The notes beneath the pieces are model-generated. The model made no database searches. It was not told where the DNA came from and saw nothing but the letters and a program-made list of their open reading frames with translations. Source: an uncultured Candidatus Rokubacteria bacterium (GTDB lineage: Bacteria; Methylomirabilota; Methylomirabilia; Rokubacteriales; CSP1-6). Taken from it: DNA of 64,000 nt. Positions 56,086 through 64,000 of the stretch are shown piece after piece. The stretch is from the NCBI GenBank assembly GCA_963747235.1, contig CAVVEU010000020.1, positions 48,632 through 112,631 of the forward strand. Direction: 5' to 3'. Numbering within the stretch: position 1 is the first letter of the stretch; each line of letters begins with the position of its first letter. Position numbers and translations under genes: made by a program.

Positions 56086-57585
56086 CTACCTGAGCGTTGC
56101 CTCGTGGAACAGCATCCACTGATCGCCGCGGGGCGTCCACGTCACGCGGTCGCGCGAGGCGTAGATGTCCACCTGCTGCATGAGGAAGACCCACGTGGCA
56201 TCCTCGACCATCGCGCGCGCCAGGTCCGCGTAGATCTTCTTGCGCCGGGCGGGGTCCATGGTGGAGCGGCCCGCGTCGAAGAGCGCGTCCACCTTCTCGT
56301 TCTTGTAGTAGAGGCCGCGGCCCTTCGATGACACCAGGTTGTAGAGCTCGTCGCCGTCCTGCATCGGCCCGCCGAGCCCGAGCAGGTAGGCGTCCTGGAA
56401 CTGCTTGCCGAGATAGCGCTTGAAGTAGGCGCCCCACTCCGCCACCTGCACGCGCGGCTTGAAGCCCGCCTTCTGCCACTGGCCGCCCAGCGCCTCCGCG
56501 ATCTCCTTGTCGCCCTGGTAGCGGCCCGCGGGCGCCTCCAGCGTGATCTCGACGCCGTCCGGGTAGCCGGCTTCCGCGAGCAGGCGGCGGGCTCGCGCCG
56601 GATCCGGCCCGTAGCCGCGGACGGAGGCGTCGAAGCCGAACATCTGCGGCGTGAAGGGCCCCGCCATGCGGCGCCCGTTGCCGTCGAGCACGCTCTTCAC
56701 CAGCGCGTCCACGTCGGTCGCGTGGTTGAGCGCCTGGCGCACGCGCACGTCCGAGAGCGGCTTGTTGAAGGCGTTGAGCCCGAGATAGATGATCCACGTG
56801 CTGGGCACGCGCTGCACGCGGAGGCCGCCGACCCGCTCGAGCTCGCCCGCCAGGTTCGGCGGCACCGTGTCGATCACGTCCACCTCGTTGTTGCGGAGCG
56901 CGGCCGAGCGGGTGAAGGGCTCGGGGATGGGCTTGTAGACGATGCGCCGGATCTTCGGAGCGCCCCGCCAGTGCCGGTCGAAGGCCTCGACGATCAGGTG
57001 ATCGTCCTTGACCAGCTCCACGAAGCGGAAAGGGCCGGTGCCCACCGGCCGCAGGGCCAGGCCCTGGTTGCCCTTCTCCGCGGTGTACTTCGGCGGCACG
57101 ATCGGGAAGTCGATCAGCCGGTTCAGCAGCGGCGCGTAGGGCTGGCGGAGGACGAGGTTGACGGTGGAGTCGTCCACCACCTCCACCCGCGCGACCTCGC
57201 CCACGTTGGCCCGGTTGGGCGATTTCTGATTGGGGTCCAGCACCCGCTCGAAGGTGAAGCGCACCGCGTCGGCATTGAACGGCTCGCCGTTGTGGAAGAC
57301 GACCCCGCGGCGCAGCTTGAGCTGGAGCGTCAGGTCGTCGAGCGCCTTCCACGACTCGGCGAGCTGGGGCGCGATGCGGTTGTCGGCGTCGCGGCCCACC
57401 AGGGAATCGAAGATGTTCACGCCCACCTTGGCCCGGATGGACGAGAGGTTCATCGTGGGGTCGAGATTCTCGGGCGTCCACGGCAGCGCGACCCGGAGCT
57501 CGCCCGGGGACTGGGCGCCCGCCGGGCCGGCCGCGTACAGGAGCAGGAGCATCGCGGCCAGCCGCAGCGGCGCGTGCCTTTTCAT
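56086..57585 (-). CDS. ABC transporter substrate-binding protein, family 5 (peptide/nickel/opine type), orphan
   Basis: 499 aa with signal peptide (MKRHAPLRLAAMLLLLYAAGPAGAQS) and SBP_bac_5 fold. No permease or ATPase genes adjacent. Confidence 0.8.
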   Translation of the reverse strand: MKRHAPLRLAAMLLLLYAAGPAGAQSPGELRVALPWTPENLDPTMNLSSIRAKVGVNIFDSLVGRDADNRIAPQLAESWKALDDLTLQLKLRRGVVFHNGEPFNADAVRFTFERVLDPNQKSPNRANVGEVARVEVVDDSTVNLVLRQPYAPLLNRLIDFPIVPPKYTAEKGNQGLALRPVGTGPFRFVELVKDDHLIVEAFDRHWRGAPKIRRIVYKPIPEPFTRSAALRNNEVDVIDTVPPNLAGELERVGGLRVQRVPSTWIIYLGLNAFNKPLSDVRVRQALNHATDVDALVKSVLDGNGRRMAGPFTPQMFGFDASVRGYGPDPARARRLLAEAGYPDGVEITLEAPAGRYQGDKEIAEALGGQWQKAGFKPRVQVAEWGAYFKRYLGKQFQDAYLLGLGGPMQDGDELYNLVSSKGRGLYYKNEKVDALFDAGRSTMDPARRKKIYADLARAMVEDATWVFLMQQVDIYASRDRVTWTPRGDQWMLFHEATLR

Positions 57586-57650
57586 GCCGCGGAGTCTACC
57601 ACGCGGGTCGCGGGCCGGGCCCCGCCCCGCCGCCGGCTTTTGTTGCGTCG

Positions 57651-57679
57651 GGAACTTCCGCGCCGCGGTATGGTCTTAC
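57651..57679 (+). promoter_or_regulatory. ECF-type promoter candidate (GGAACTT-N16-TCTTA) upstream of the ECF sigma gene
   Basis: cgGGAACTTccgcgccgcggtatggTCTTAcc. The -10 ends only 2–3 nt before the annotated GTG, so either the transcript is leaderless or the sigma start/promoter assignment is imperfect. Confidence 0.35.
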
Positions 57680-57680
57680 C

Positions 57681-58241
57681 GTGCGAGAGGCGGAGGCAGG
57701 CGACGCGCCGCGCTTCCTGGACCGGCTTCGCGCCGGCGATGCCCCCGCCTTCGAGGAGCTGGTGATGACGTACCAGCATCGCGTGTTCGGGGTGGCCCTT
57801 CGCATGCTGGGCAACCGGGCCGAGGCGGAAGAAGTGGCGCAGGAGGCCTTCGTCCGCGCCCATCGCGCGCTGGGCGACTTTCGCGGCGACGCCAAGCTCT
57901 CGACCTGGCTCTACGCCATCACCTCGCGACTCTGCCTGAACCGGCTCGCCTCCGGCGAGCGGCGCCTGACGAGCCACGGCGAGGAGGCGCTGCTGCGGCT
58001 GTCCGACGCGGGCCCACGCCCGGACGCGGCGCTCGAGCGGAGCGAGCTCGAGACCGCGCTCGGGCGGGCCATCGCCGAGCTGCCGGAGGACCGGCGTATC
58101 GTGGTGGTGCTGCGCGACATCGAAGGCCTCTCCTACGAGGAGATCGCGCAGGTGCTGGAGCTGGAGCTCGGAACGGTGCGCTCCCGCCTGCACCGGGCGC
58201 GGGCGGACCTGAAGGAGAAGCTGGAGCGATTCCTGCCATGA
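57681..58241 (+). CDS. ECF (group IV) RNA polymerase sigma factor
   Basis: 186 aa. N-terminal …LRAGDAPAFEELVMTYQHRVFGVALRMLGNRAEAEEVAQEAFVRAH… (sigma-2) and C-terminal …LRDIEGLSYEEIAQVLELELGTVRSRLHRAR (sigma-4). Confidence 0.85.
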   Translation: MREAEAGDAPRFLDRLRAGDAPAFEELVMTYQHRVFGVALRMLGNRAEAEEVAQEAFVRAHRALGDFRGDAKLSTWLYAITSRLCLNRLASGERRLTSHGEEALLRLSDAGPRPDAALERSELETALGRAIAELPEDRRIVVVLRDIEGLSYEEIAQVLELELGTVRSRLHRARADLKEKLERFLP

Positions 58242-59374
58242 CCTGTGACGAGACGCGCGACACGCTGTCGGCCTATCTCGACGAGGCGCTGGCCCCGGAC
58301 GAGCGGAGCCTGGTCGCCGCGCACCTCCTGGGCTGTCCGGAGTGCCGGCGCGAGCTCGAGGCCCTCCGGGGCACGGTCGCGCTGCTCCAGCGCGTGGAGC
58401 CGGCGCGCGCGCCGGTGGGCTTCGTGGACCGCGTGGTGGCCGCGGCGCGGCCTCGACCGTGGTACCGGCGCGCGGCGGACGCGGTGCTCCTGCCGCTGTC
58501 GGTGAAGCTGCCGCTCGAGGCCGCCGCGGTGGTGATGGTGGGGCTGCTCGCGGTCTATCTCTTCGAGCGCTCGCCGGAGCTGCAGCGGGCCGCGCGCGAG
58601 GTGGCCCCGCAGCAGGAAGCGGCGGCGCCCGCGAAGGAGAAGGCGGTGGAGCCGCTCGCGGACAAGGCCGCGCCGTCTCCGGTCCCCGCCGCGCCCGTGC
58701 CCGCGGAGCGCCCTTCCCGAGCGGCCGGCGAGCGCGACCAACGCGCCGATGCGCCGTTATCGCGGGAGGCCGTCCCGCCGCCGGCGGCTTCTCCACCCGT
58801 CGTCGGGGCGCCACCGCCACCGGCTGCCCCCGCGCCGGCGACCGCTCCCCCGCCACCGGCCGCCTCGACGCCGTCGGGCGCCCCGGTGCCTCTGCCGACC
58901 GCGGCGCCGCCACCCGAGATCAAGGCCCAGGCCAGGAAGGAGGCCGCGCCCAGCGAGAACGTGGCCGGCGCGGTCCGCTCCGAGGCCGAGAGCCGCCAGC
59001 GGGTGCTCCCGCCGAGTGCCACCGGGGACTCGGCCCGCGCGGCTCCGTCGGTATCGAAGCTGGCCGCCAAGCGCGTGCTGCCCTCGGCGGACGTCGTGGC
59101 CCGCGTAGGTGTGAAGGATCGCGATGCGGCGGAGCGTGAGCTCACGGTCCTCATCGCGCGCCTGGGCGGCAGCGTCACGCAGCGGCGGCGGGAGGACGAG
59201 GCCACCGTGGTGGAGGCCGTGATTCCGCAGCCGCGCTACGCGGAGTTCTCCGACAGCGTGGCGCGCATCGGCGCCTGGCAGGTCGAGGCCGAGCGCGCCG
59301 GATCTCCCGGCCCAGATCCACGTGATCCTGCGCCTGCAGTAGCCCCGGAACTTCTCCGGGTTCCCCCGGTCTAA
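58238..59374 (+). CDS. Zinc-finger (zf-HC2, HxxxCxxC) transmembrane anti-sigma factor with long Pro/Ala-rich periplasmic region and C-terminal domain
   Basis: ATG overlaps the sigma stop (ATGA). MTCDETRDTLSAYLDEALAPDERSLVAAHLLGCPECRRELEAL…; one TM (LPLEAAAVVMVGLLAVYLF); ~150-residue P/A-rich linker; C-terminal ~90-residue domain. Confidence 0.8.
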   Translation: MTCDETRDTLSAYLDEALAPDERSLVAAHLLGCPECRRELEALRGTVALLQRVEPARAPVGFVDRVVAAARPRPWYRRAADAVLLPLSVKLPLEAAAVVMVGLLAVYLFERSPELQRAAREVAPQQEAAAPAKEKAVEPLADKAAPSPVPAAPVPAERPSRAAGERDQRADAPLSREAVPPPAASPPVVGAPPPPAAPAPATAPPPPAASTPSGAPVPLPTAAPPPEIKAQARKEAAPSENVAGAVRSEAESRQRVLPPSATGDSARAAPSVSKLAAKRVLPSADVVARVGVKDRDAAERELTVLIARLGGSVTQRRREDEATVVEAVIPQPRYAEFSDSVARIGAWQVEAERAGSPGPDPRDPAPAVAPELLRVPPV

Positions 59375-59413
59375 CCGGACAGCAACAGCCACCCGGTTCC
59401 TGGAGGATCACCG

Positions 59414-60832
59414 ATGAGAACGCTTCCGCAACGCCTGATCGCCTTCACCCTCGCCGGCCTGCTCGGCGCGGCCCCGATCGCCGGCGCGGCGCCGGTCAAG
59501 ATCACCGCCGCCGAGCAGCGCGACGTCATGATCACGGTCTACAACGGCAATCTGGGCCTCGTGAAGGATGTGCGCGAGGTCCGGCTCGACGCCGGGCTGA
59601 TCGAGACCCACTTCATGGACGTGGCGGCCCAGATCGACCCCACCTCCGTGCTGCTCCGCTCCCTCACCGACCCGACCGGGCTCAAGATCCTGGAGCAGAA
59701 CTACGAGTACGACCTGCTCTCGAGCGAGAAGCTCATGGAGAAGTACGTGGGCCGGAAGGTGCGGCTCTACCAGAGCAACGGCACCTTCCAGGAGGCCACC
59801 CTGCTCTCCACGCGCGGCCCGGTCTACGACATCAACGGCCAGATCCACATGGGGCACTTCGGCAGCGTGGTGCTGCCCGCGCTGCCCGAGAACCTGGTGT
59901 CGAAGCCGACGCTCGCCTGGCTGCTGCGCAACACGCGCCCGGCGCCCCAGCGGGTGGAGGCGTCCTATCTCACCGCCGGCATCAGCTGGAAGTCCGACTA
60001 CGTGATGCTGATCAACGCGGCCGACTCCCGCGCGGACCTCACCGGCTGGGTCACGATCAACAACCAGAGCGGGGCGACGTACCAGAACGCGGCCTTGAAG
60101 CTGGTGGCCGGCGACATCAACCGGGCCGCGAGCCGCGACGACTCGCGGCGGGCCATGGAGATGGCCGCGAAGGCGTCGTCTCCCGCGGTGGCCGACCGCG
60201 AGTTCAAGTCGGAGGGCTTCTTCGAGTACCACCTCTACACCCTCGACGGCCGCACCACCATCAAGGAGAGCCAGACCAAGCAGCTCACGCTCATGTCGGC
60301 GGCGGACTTCCCGGTGGACAAGCAGTTCATCTACTACGGCGCCGCGAACTACCACCGCACCCAGTACGGGGTGCCGATCTCGAACCAGAAGGTGGGCGTC
60401 TACCTCGACATCCGCAACACGAAGGAGAACCGTCTCGGCGTGCCCCTGCCCAAGGGCAAGGTGCGCGTGTACAAGGCGGACGCGTCGGGGAGCCAGCAGC
60501 TCATCGGCGAGGACTGGATCGACCACACGCCGAAGGACGAGCGGGTCCGGATCAAGATGGGCGAGGCCTTCGACCTGGTGGGCGAGCGCGTGCAGAAGGA
60601 CTGGAAGAAGATCGGCGGCAATCTCTACGAGATCGAGTGGGAGATCACCCTCCGCAACCACAAGAAGGAGGCGGTCACCGTCGAGGTGATCGAGCCCATG
60701 CCGGGGGACTGGGAGATCCTGAGAAGCACCCATCCTCACGAGAAGCTCCAGGCCTTCACCGCCCGATGGAAGATCCCGGTGCCCAAGGAAGGCGCCACCA
60801 CGCTCGGCTACCGCACCCGCGTCCGCTTCTAG
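59414..60832 (+). CDS. Secreted DUF4140/DUF4139 (MuiA-like 'mucoidy inhibitor' family) protein
   Basis: SD GGAGGA. Signal peptide MRTLPQRLIAFTLAGLLGAAPIAGAAP. Architecture typical of the DUF4139 family, often adjacent to ECF sigma/anti-sigma pairs. Confidence 0.65.
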   Translation: MRTLPQRLIAFTLAGLLGAAPIAGAAPVKITAAEQRDVMITVYNGNLGLVKDVREVRLDAGLIETHFMDVAAQIDPTSVLLRSLTDPTGLKILEQNYEYDLLSSEKLMEKYVGRKVRLYQSNGTFQEATLLSTRGPVYDINGQIHMGHFGSVVLPALPENLVSKPTLAWLLRNTRPAPQRVEASYLTAGISWKSDYVMLINAADSRADLTGWVTINNQSGATYQNAALKLVAGDINRAASRDDSRRAMEMAAKASSPAVADREFKSEGFFEYHLYTLDGRTTIKESQTKQLTLMSAADFPVDKQFIYYGAANYHRTQYGVPISNQKVGVYLDIRNTKENRLGVPLPKGKVRVYKADASGSQQLIGEDWIDHTPKDERVRIKMGEAFDLVGERVQKDWKKIGGNLYEIEWEITLRNHKKEAVTVEVIEPMPGDWEILRSTHPHEKLQAFTARWKIPVPKEGATTLGYRTRVRF

Positions 60833-60857
60833 CCGGACGGCTTCCGGTTGACAGGCG

Positions 60858-60896
60858 CTGCGGCTTAGGTGACCCTAAGCCGCAGAGGCCTTTTCC
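60858..60896 (+). terminator. Intrinsic terminator after the DUF4139 gene
   Basis: CTGCGGCTTAGG-tgac-CCTAAGCCGCAG (12-bp perfect stem), followed by aggCCTTTTCCC. Confidence 0.7.
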
Positions 60897-60898
60897 CG

Positions 60899-61885
60899 AT
60901 GCCGACACGCGCGACGCTGATCACGCTGCTCCTGCTCCTCTCCGGGGCCACCGTGGCCCACGCCCAGGGCGACCAGCAGGCCCGCGGGCGGCAGGCGGTC
61001 CAGGGCATGGCGGGCTGCTACCTGGTGGACTACAGCTACGTCGAGGTCCAGGACCTCAAGCCCGGCTACGTCCGGGATCCCCGCGTCTACGACGTCAACC
61101 GCGACAAGTCGGCGAAGGAGTGGATCGTCGCCGAGACGCTGTCGGCGAACCGGCTGCGCCTGCAGCGCATCCTGTTCCTCAGCGATCTCGCCGGAAATGT
61201 CCGGGAAGACACGATGATCCGGCACCAGTCGGAGGACTGGGAGTACGACGCGGCCTCGCTCTACGATTTCGTCGCGCCACTGCACTGGCAGGCGCGCGAT
61301 CTGCGGGCCACGCCCGGGCTCTGGACCCGGCGCGTGACCAACCTGGACGACGGGCTGCGCTACCAGTGCGCGGCGCGCTGGACCGAGGATCGCGCCTACC
61401 CCGAGTGGTCTTGCGCGAACTACGCGCCGATCCCGGGTCGCGAGACGCGCGACATGGGCCGGTCCGACTACCAGACGCTCCAGCGCGGGACCCGCATCCT
61501 GGTGTACGGGGCGGCCCAGGGCGGGAGCTGGCTCGAGCGGCAGGACAACGTGAAGACCATTCACACCGACAGCGGCCGCGTCCCGCTGGTGCGCGAGCTC
61601 GGCAAGAACTGGTACGTGCGGCTGCCCGACGCGGAGTGCGCCGGCGCGCGGACGTTCGCGGAGCGGCGCCGGGACTACTGGGCCCTGCTGCGGGAGACCT
61701 GGGACGGCCTCCTCGACGGCTCCGGCCCCTTCACCGAGCGCGCGCCGGCCGGGCGGCCGCCGCGCTTCGTGAAGATGTTCGAGGTCGAGGAGGACGCGAT
61801 CGCCCAGAACCTCGCCGATCCCACGGTGCGCGAGGCCGTCCGCCAGCGCATCCTCGCGGTGATCGAGGAGTACCGCGCCCGCTGA
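60899..61885 (+). CDS. Secreted hypothetical protein (no recognisable domain)
   Basis: MPTRATLITLLLLLSGATVAHAQ signal peptide, Trp/Arg/Asp-rich. Coding-like frame retained over 329 codons. The ATG at 60869 is an alternative start. Confidence 0.6.
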   Translation: MPTRATLITLLLLLSGATVAHAQGDQQARGRQAVQGMAGCYLVDYSYVEVQDLKPGYVRDPRVYDVNRDKSAKEWIVAETLSANRLRLQRILFLSDLAGNVREDTMIRHQSEDWEYDAASLYDFVAPLHWQARDLRATPGLWTRRVTNLDDGLRYQCAARWTEDRAYPEWSCANYAPIPGRETRDMGRSDYQTLQRGTRILVYGAAQGGSWLERQDNVKTIHTDSGRVPLVRELGKNWYVRLPDAECAGARTFAERRRDYWALLRETWDGLLDGSGPFTERAPAGRPPRFVKMFEVEEDAIAQNLADPTVREAVRQRILAVIEEYRAR

Positions 61886-61912
61886 AGGGCGCGGCCCTTT
61901 TCAGCGCCCTTC
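61884..61912. terminator. Shared hairpin between convergent genes (hypothetical protein / glycerate kinase)
   Basis: GAAGGGCGC-ggcccttttca-GCGCCCTTC, a 9-bp perfect stem. The stop codons of both convergent genes lie inside it. Confidence 0.5.
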
Positions 61913-63201
61913 GACCAGCAGCAGGTAGAGGTCGAGCAGGTTGGTGTTGGTCGGGCCGGTGACCACCAGGTCGCCCAGGGCCGCGAACAGCGGGTTCGAG
62001 TCGTTCCGGTCCAGCCGGGCCCGCGGATCGTCGCCGCGCGCCCGCGCGCGCTTCACGGTGGCGCCGTCCGCGATCGCCCCGGCCGCGTCGGTGGGCCCGT
62101 CGGTGCCGTCCGTGCCCGCGGCCAGCGACCACGACGCCGTCCACGCCGTCGAGCTCGAGCGCGGCGGCCAGCGCCAACTCCTGGCAGCGCCCGCCGCTGC
62201 CCGGCCCGCGCACGGTCACGGTGGTCTCGCCGCCCGCGATCACGCAGGCGGGCGGCGCCACGGGCCCCCGGCCGGCCTGGATCGTCGCGGGCCAGGCCGA
62301 CGAAGCGTCCGCGCCACCTCCCGCGCCTCGCCCTCGAGCGCGCGCGTCAGCACGTGCGGGGCGTAGCCGAGCGCGCGCGCCTGCGCGGCCGCGGCCTCGA
62401 CGACCAGGAGATTGTTGCCGATCACGGTGTTGGTCACGCCGCGGAAGACCGGGTCGTCGGGCTTCGGCGTCTCCGGGATCTCCCCGCGGGCTCCCGCGCT
62501 CGAGCCGCTCGACGATCGGCGGCGGGCGTCCGCGCGCGGAGCTCGAAGCGGTCGAGGATGGCGAGCGCCTCCGCGAAGGTGGACGCGTCGGGCGCGGTCG
62601 GGCCGGAGGCGATGACGTCGAGCGGATCGCCGATCACGTCGGAGAGCAGCAGCGCGTGCACGCGGGCGGGCGCCGCGGCCCGCGCGAGCTGGCCGCCCTT
62701 CAGCAGCGAGCAGTGCTTCCGCACCGCGTTGAGCTGGTTGATGTTGGCGCCGGCGGCGAGCAGGAGCCGCGTCATCGCCTGCTTGTCGGCCAGGGTGATG
62801 GGCGGCACCGGCGCGGGGTCAGCGCCGAGCCGCCGCCCGAGACGAGGACCAGCAGCAGATCGTCGGCCCCGGCGGACTCGGCGAGCGCGCGGATCTCGCG
62901 CGCGGCCGCGGCCTCGCCGCGCTCGTCGGGGACCGGGTGCCCGGCCTCGACCAGGCGGACGCGGGCGTGTCGGGCGAGATAGCCGTCCTTGACCACCACG
63001 AGGCCGTCGGCGATCCGGTCGCCGAGCGCGTCCTCGACGGCGGCGGCCATGGCGCCCGAGGCCTTCCCCGCCCCCACCACGAGCACGCGGCCGCGCGGCG
63101 GCCAGGCGCACGTCGGCGAGGGCGCGGCGGACCAGCGGATGAACGTCGGCGGCGCGCAGCGCGGCGTCGAAGATCGAGCGCGCGGCCTCGCGGAGGCTCA
63201 C
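61900..63201 (-). pseudogene. glxK: Glycerate kinase (GlxK/MOFRL family) reading frame broken about five times
   Basis: Conserved blocks found in alternating frames: MSLREAARSIFDAALRAADVHPLVRRAL (a, from the GTG at 63201); …LVVGAGKASGAMAAAVEDALGDRIADGLVVVKDGY…LVLVSGGGSALT (b); …ITLADKQAMTRLLLAAGANINQLNAVRKHCSLLKGGQLARAA…DVIGDPLDVIASGPT… (a); …VIGNNLLVVEAAAAQARALGY… (c); …CVIAGGETTVTVRGPGSGGRCQELALAAALELDGVDGVVV (d); AGTDGTDGPTDAAGAIADGATVKRARARGDDPRARLDRNDSNPLFAALGDLVVTGPTNTNLLDLYLLLVEGR-stop (e). Confidence 0.6.
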
Positions 63202-64000
63202 CGCGAGAGCTTCTGCAGCCGGCGGCCCGCCTCGATCAGCATGTCGTCCGTCTTGGGGAAGCAGAAGCGGATCTTGGTCCGGCCCAGCTCCGCGTGCGCG
63301 TAGAAGGACGAGCCCGGCACCGTCGCCACGCCGATCTCCCGGATCAGGTACATGCGCGAACTCGTGGTCGTCGCGGCAGTCGAACTCGCTTCAGGAAGTG
63401 CTCGACGTCGGTCAGGATGTAGTAGGCGCCCCGGGGCTTGTAGGCCACGAAGCCCGCCTCCTCCACCTTGCCCGAAGCAGCAGATCGCGCCGGGCCTGGT
63501 AGCTCTCGCGCAGGTAGACGTAGTACGAGTCGGGCAGGTTGAGCGCGGTCACCGCCGCTTCCTGGAGCGGGTGCGGCGCGCCCACCGTGATGAAGTCGTG
63601 CGCCCGCCGGATGCCGAGCGACAGCTCGGGGCTGGCCACCGCGTAGCCGACCCGCCAGCCGGTGACCGAGTAGGACTTCGAGATGCCCGAGATGGTGATG
63701 GTGCGGTCGGCCATGCCGGGCAGCGTCGCGATCGGGAGTGTGCGCCGAGCCCGTCGTAGATGATGTGCTCGTAGATCTCGTCGGTGATCGCGAGCAGGTC
63801 GTGCTCGATGCAGAGATCGGCGATGACCTGGAGCTCCGCGCGGGAGAACACCTTGCCGGAGGGGTTGTTCGGGCTGTTGAAGACGATGGCGCGGGTGCGC
63901 GGGACGACCGCCCGGCGCGAGCCGGTCGGGATCGAACGAGAAGTCCGGCGGCTCGAGCGGCACGTAGACCGGCTCCGCGCCTGCGATGATGCAGCCCGGC
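63198..64000 (-). CDS. Class-I/II pyridoxal-phosphate aminotransferase, 3' part (continues beyond window); several frame changes
   Basis: Blocks …FSRAELQVIADLCIEHDLLAITDEIYEHIIYDG…, …MADRTITISGISKSYSVTGWRVGYAVASPEL…, …EEAGFVAYKPRGAYYILTDVEHF…, …MYLIREIGVATVPGSSFYAHAELGRTKIRFCFPKTDDMLIEAGRRLQKLSR-stop lie in different frames. The TGA stop overlaps the glxK GTG (GTGA). Confidence 0.6.

Overview
High-GC (~70%) bacterial chromosomal segment. Gene content points to a diderm bacterium (lolDE, lnt, bamA, secA, rodZ); lineage unclear, possibly Methylomirabilota/Rokubacteria- or Deltaproteobacteria-like. From 1 to ~57.6 kb almost every gene is on the minus strand in one long co-directional array, in this order: bamA (5' part) – clpC – lolD – lolE – lysS – prfB (with the classical programmed +1 frameshift) – lnt – metallophosphoesterase – nusB – ribH – ribBA – ribE – ribD – ftsY – rodZ-like – smc – secA – recN – nadK – tlyA – rhomboid – two M16 peptidases – phnE/phnC/HIT – tRNA-Ala(CGC) – stomatin/nfeD – agmatinase-like – sufS/sufU – a form-II CODH-like molybdenum hydroxylase cluster (xdhC, MoCF-domain gene, coxE, coxD, mocA, coxM, coxL with AYRGAGR motif, coxS) – larC/larB/larE (NPN cofactor synthesis, no larA in window) – PfkB kinase – mtnP – mtaB – rlmN – orphan peptide-type SBP. 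Plus-strand islands: a secreted protein made of ~39 tandem 24-bp (octapeptide QDVQAPRG) repeats with a sigma-54-like promoter (30.4–31.6 kb); htrA preceded by an in-frame zinc-ribbon mini-ORF (33.5–34.8 kb); and an ECF sigma / zinc-finger anti-sigma / DUF4139 / secreted hypothetical cluster (57.7–61.9 kb). No rRNA, CRISPR, transposase or integrase genes were found. A striking property of the sequence is a large number of single-nucleotide frame changes inside otherwise well-conserved genes: secA twice, nfeD three times, glxK about five times, and also coxL, coxD, xdhC, pfkB, mtaB, rodZ and the aminotransferase at the right edge. Because of this, several very long six-frame ORFs (614, 744, 859, 1079, 1113 aa) are artificial fusions of adjacent genes. 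Gene calls below were reconstructed across frames by homology rather than taken from the ORF track.
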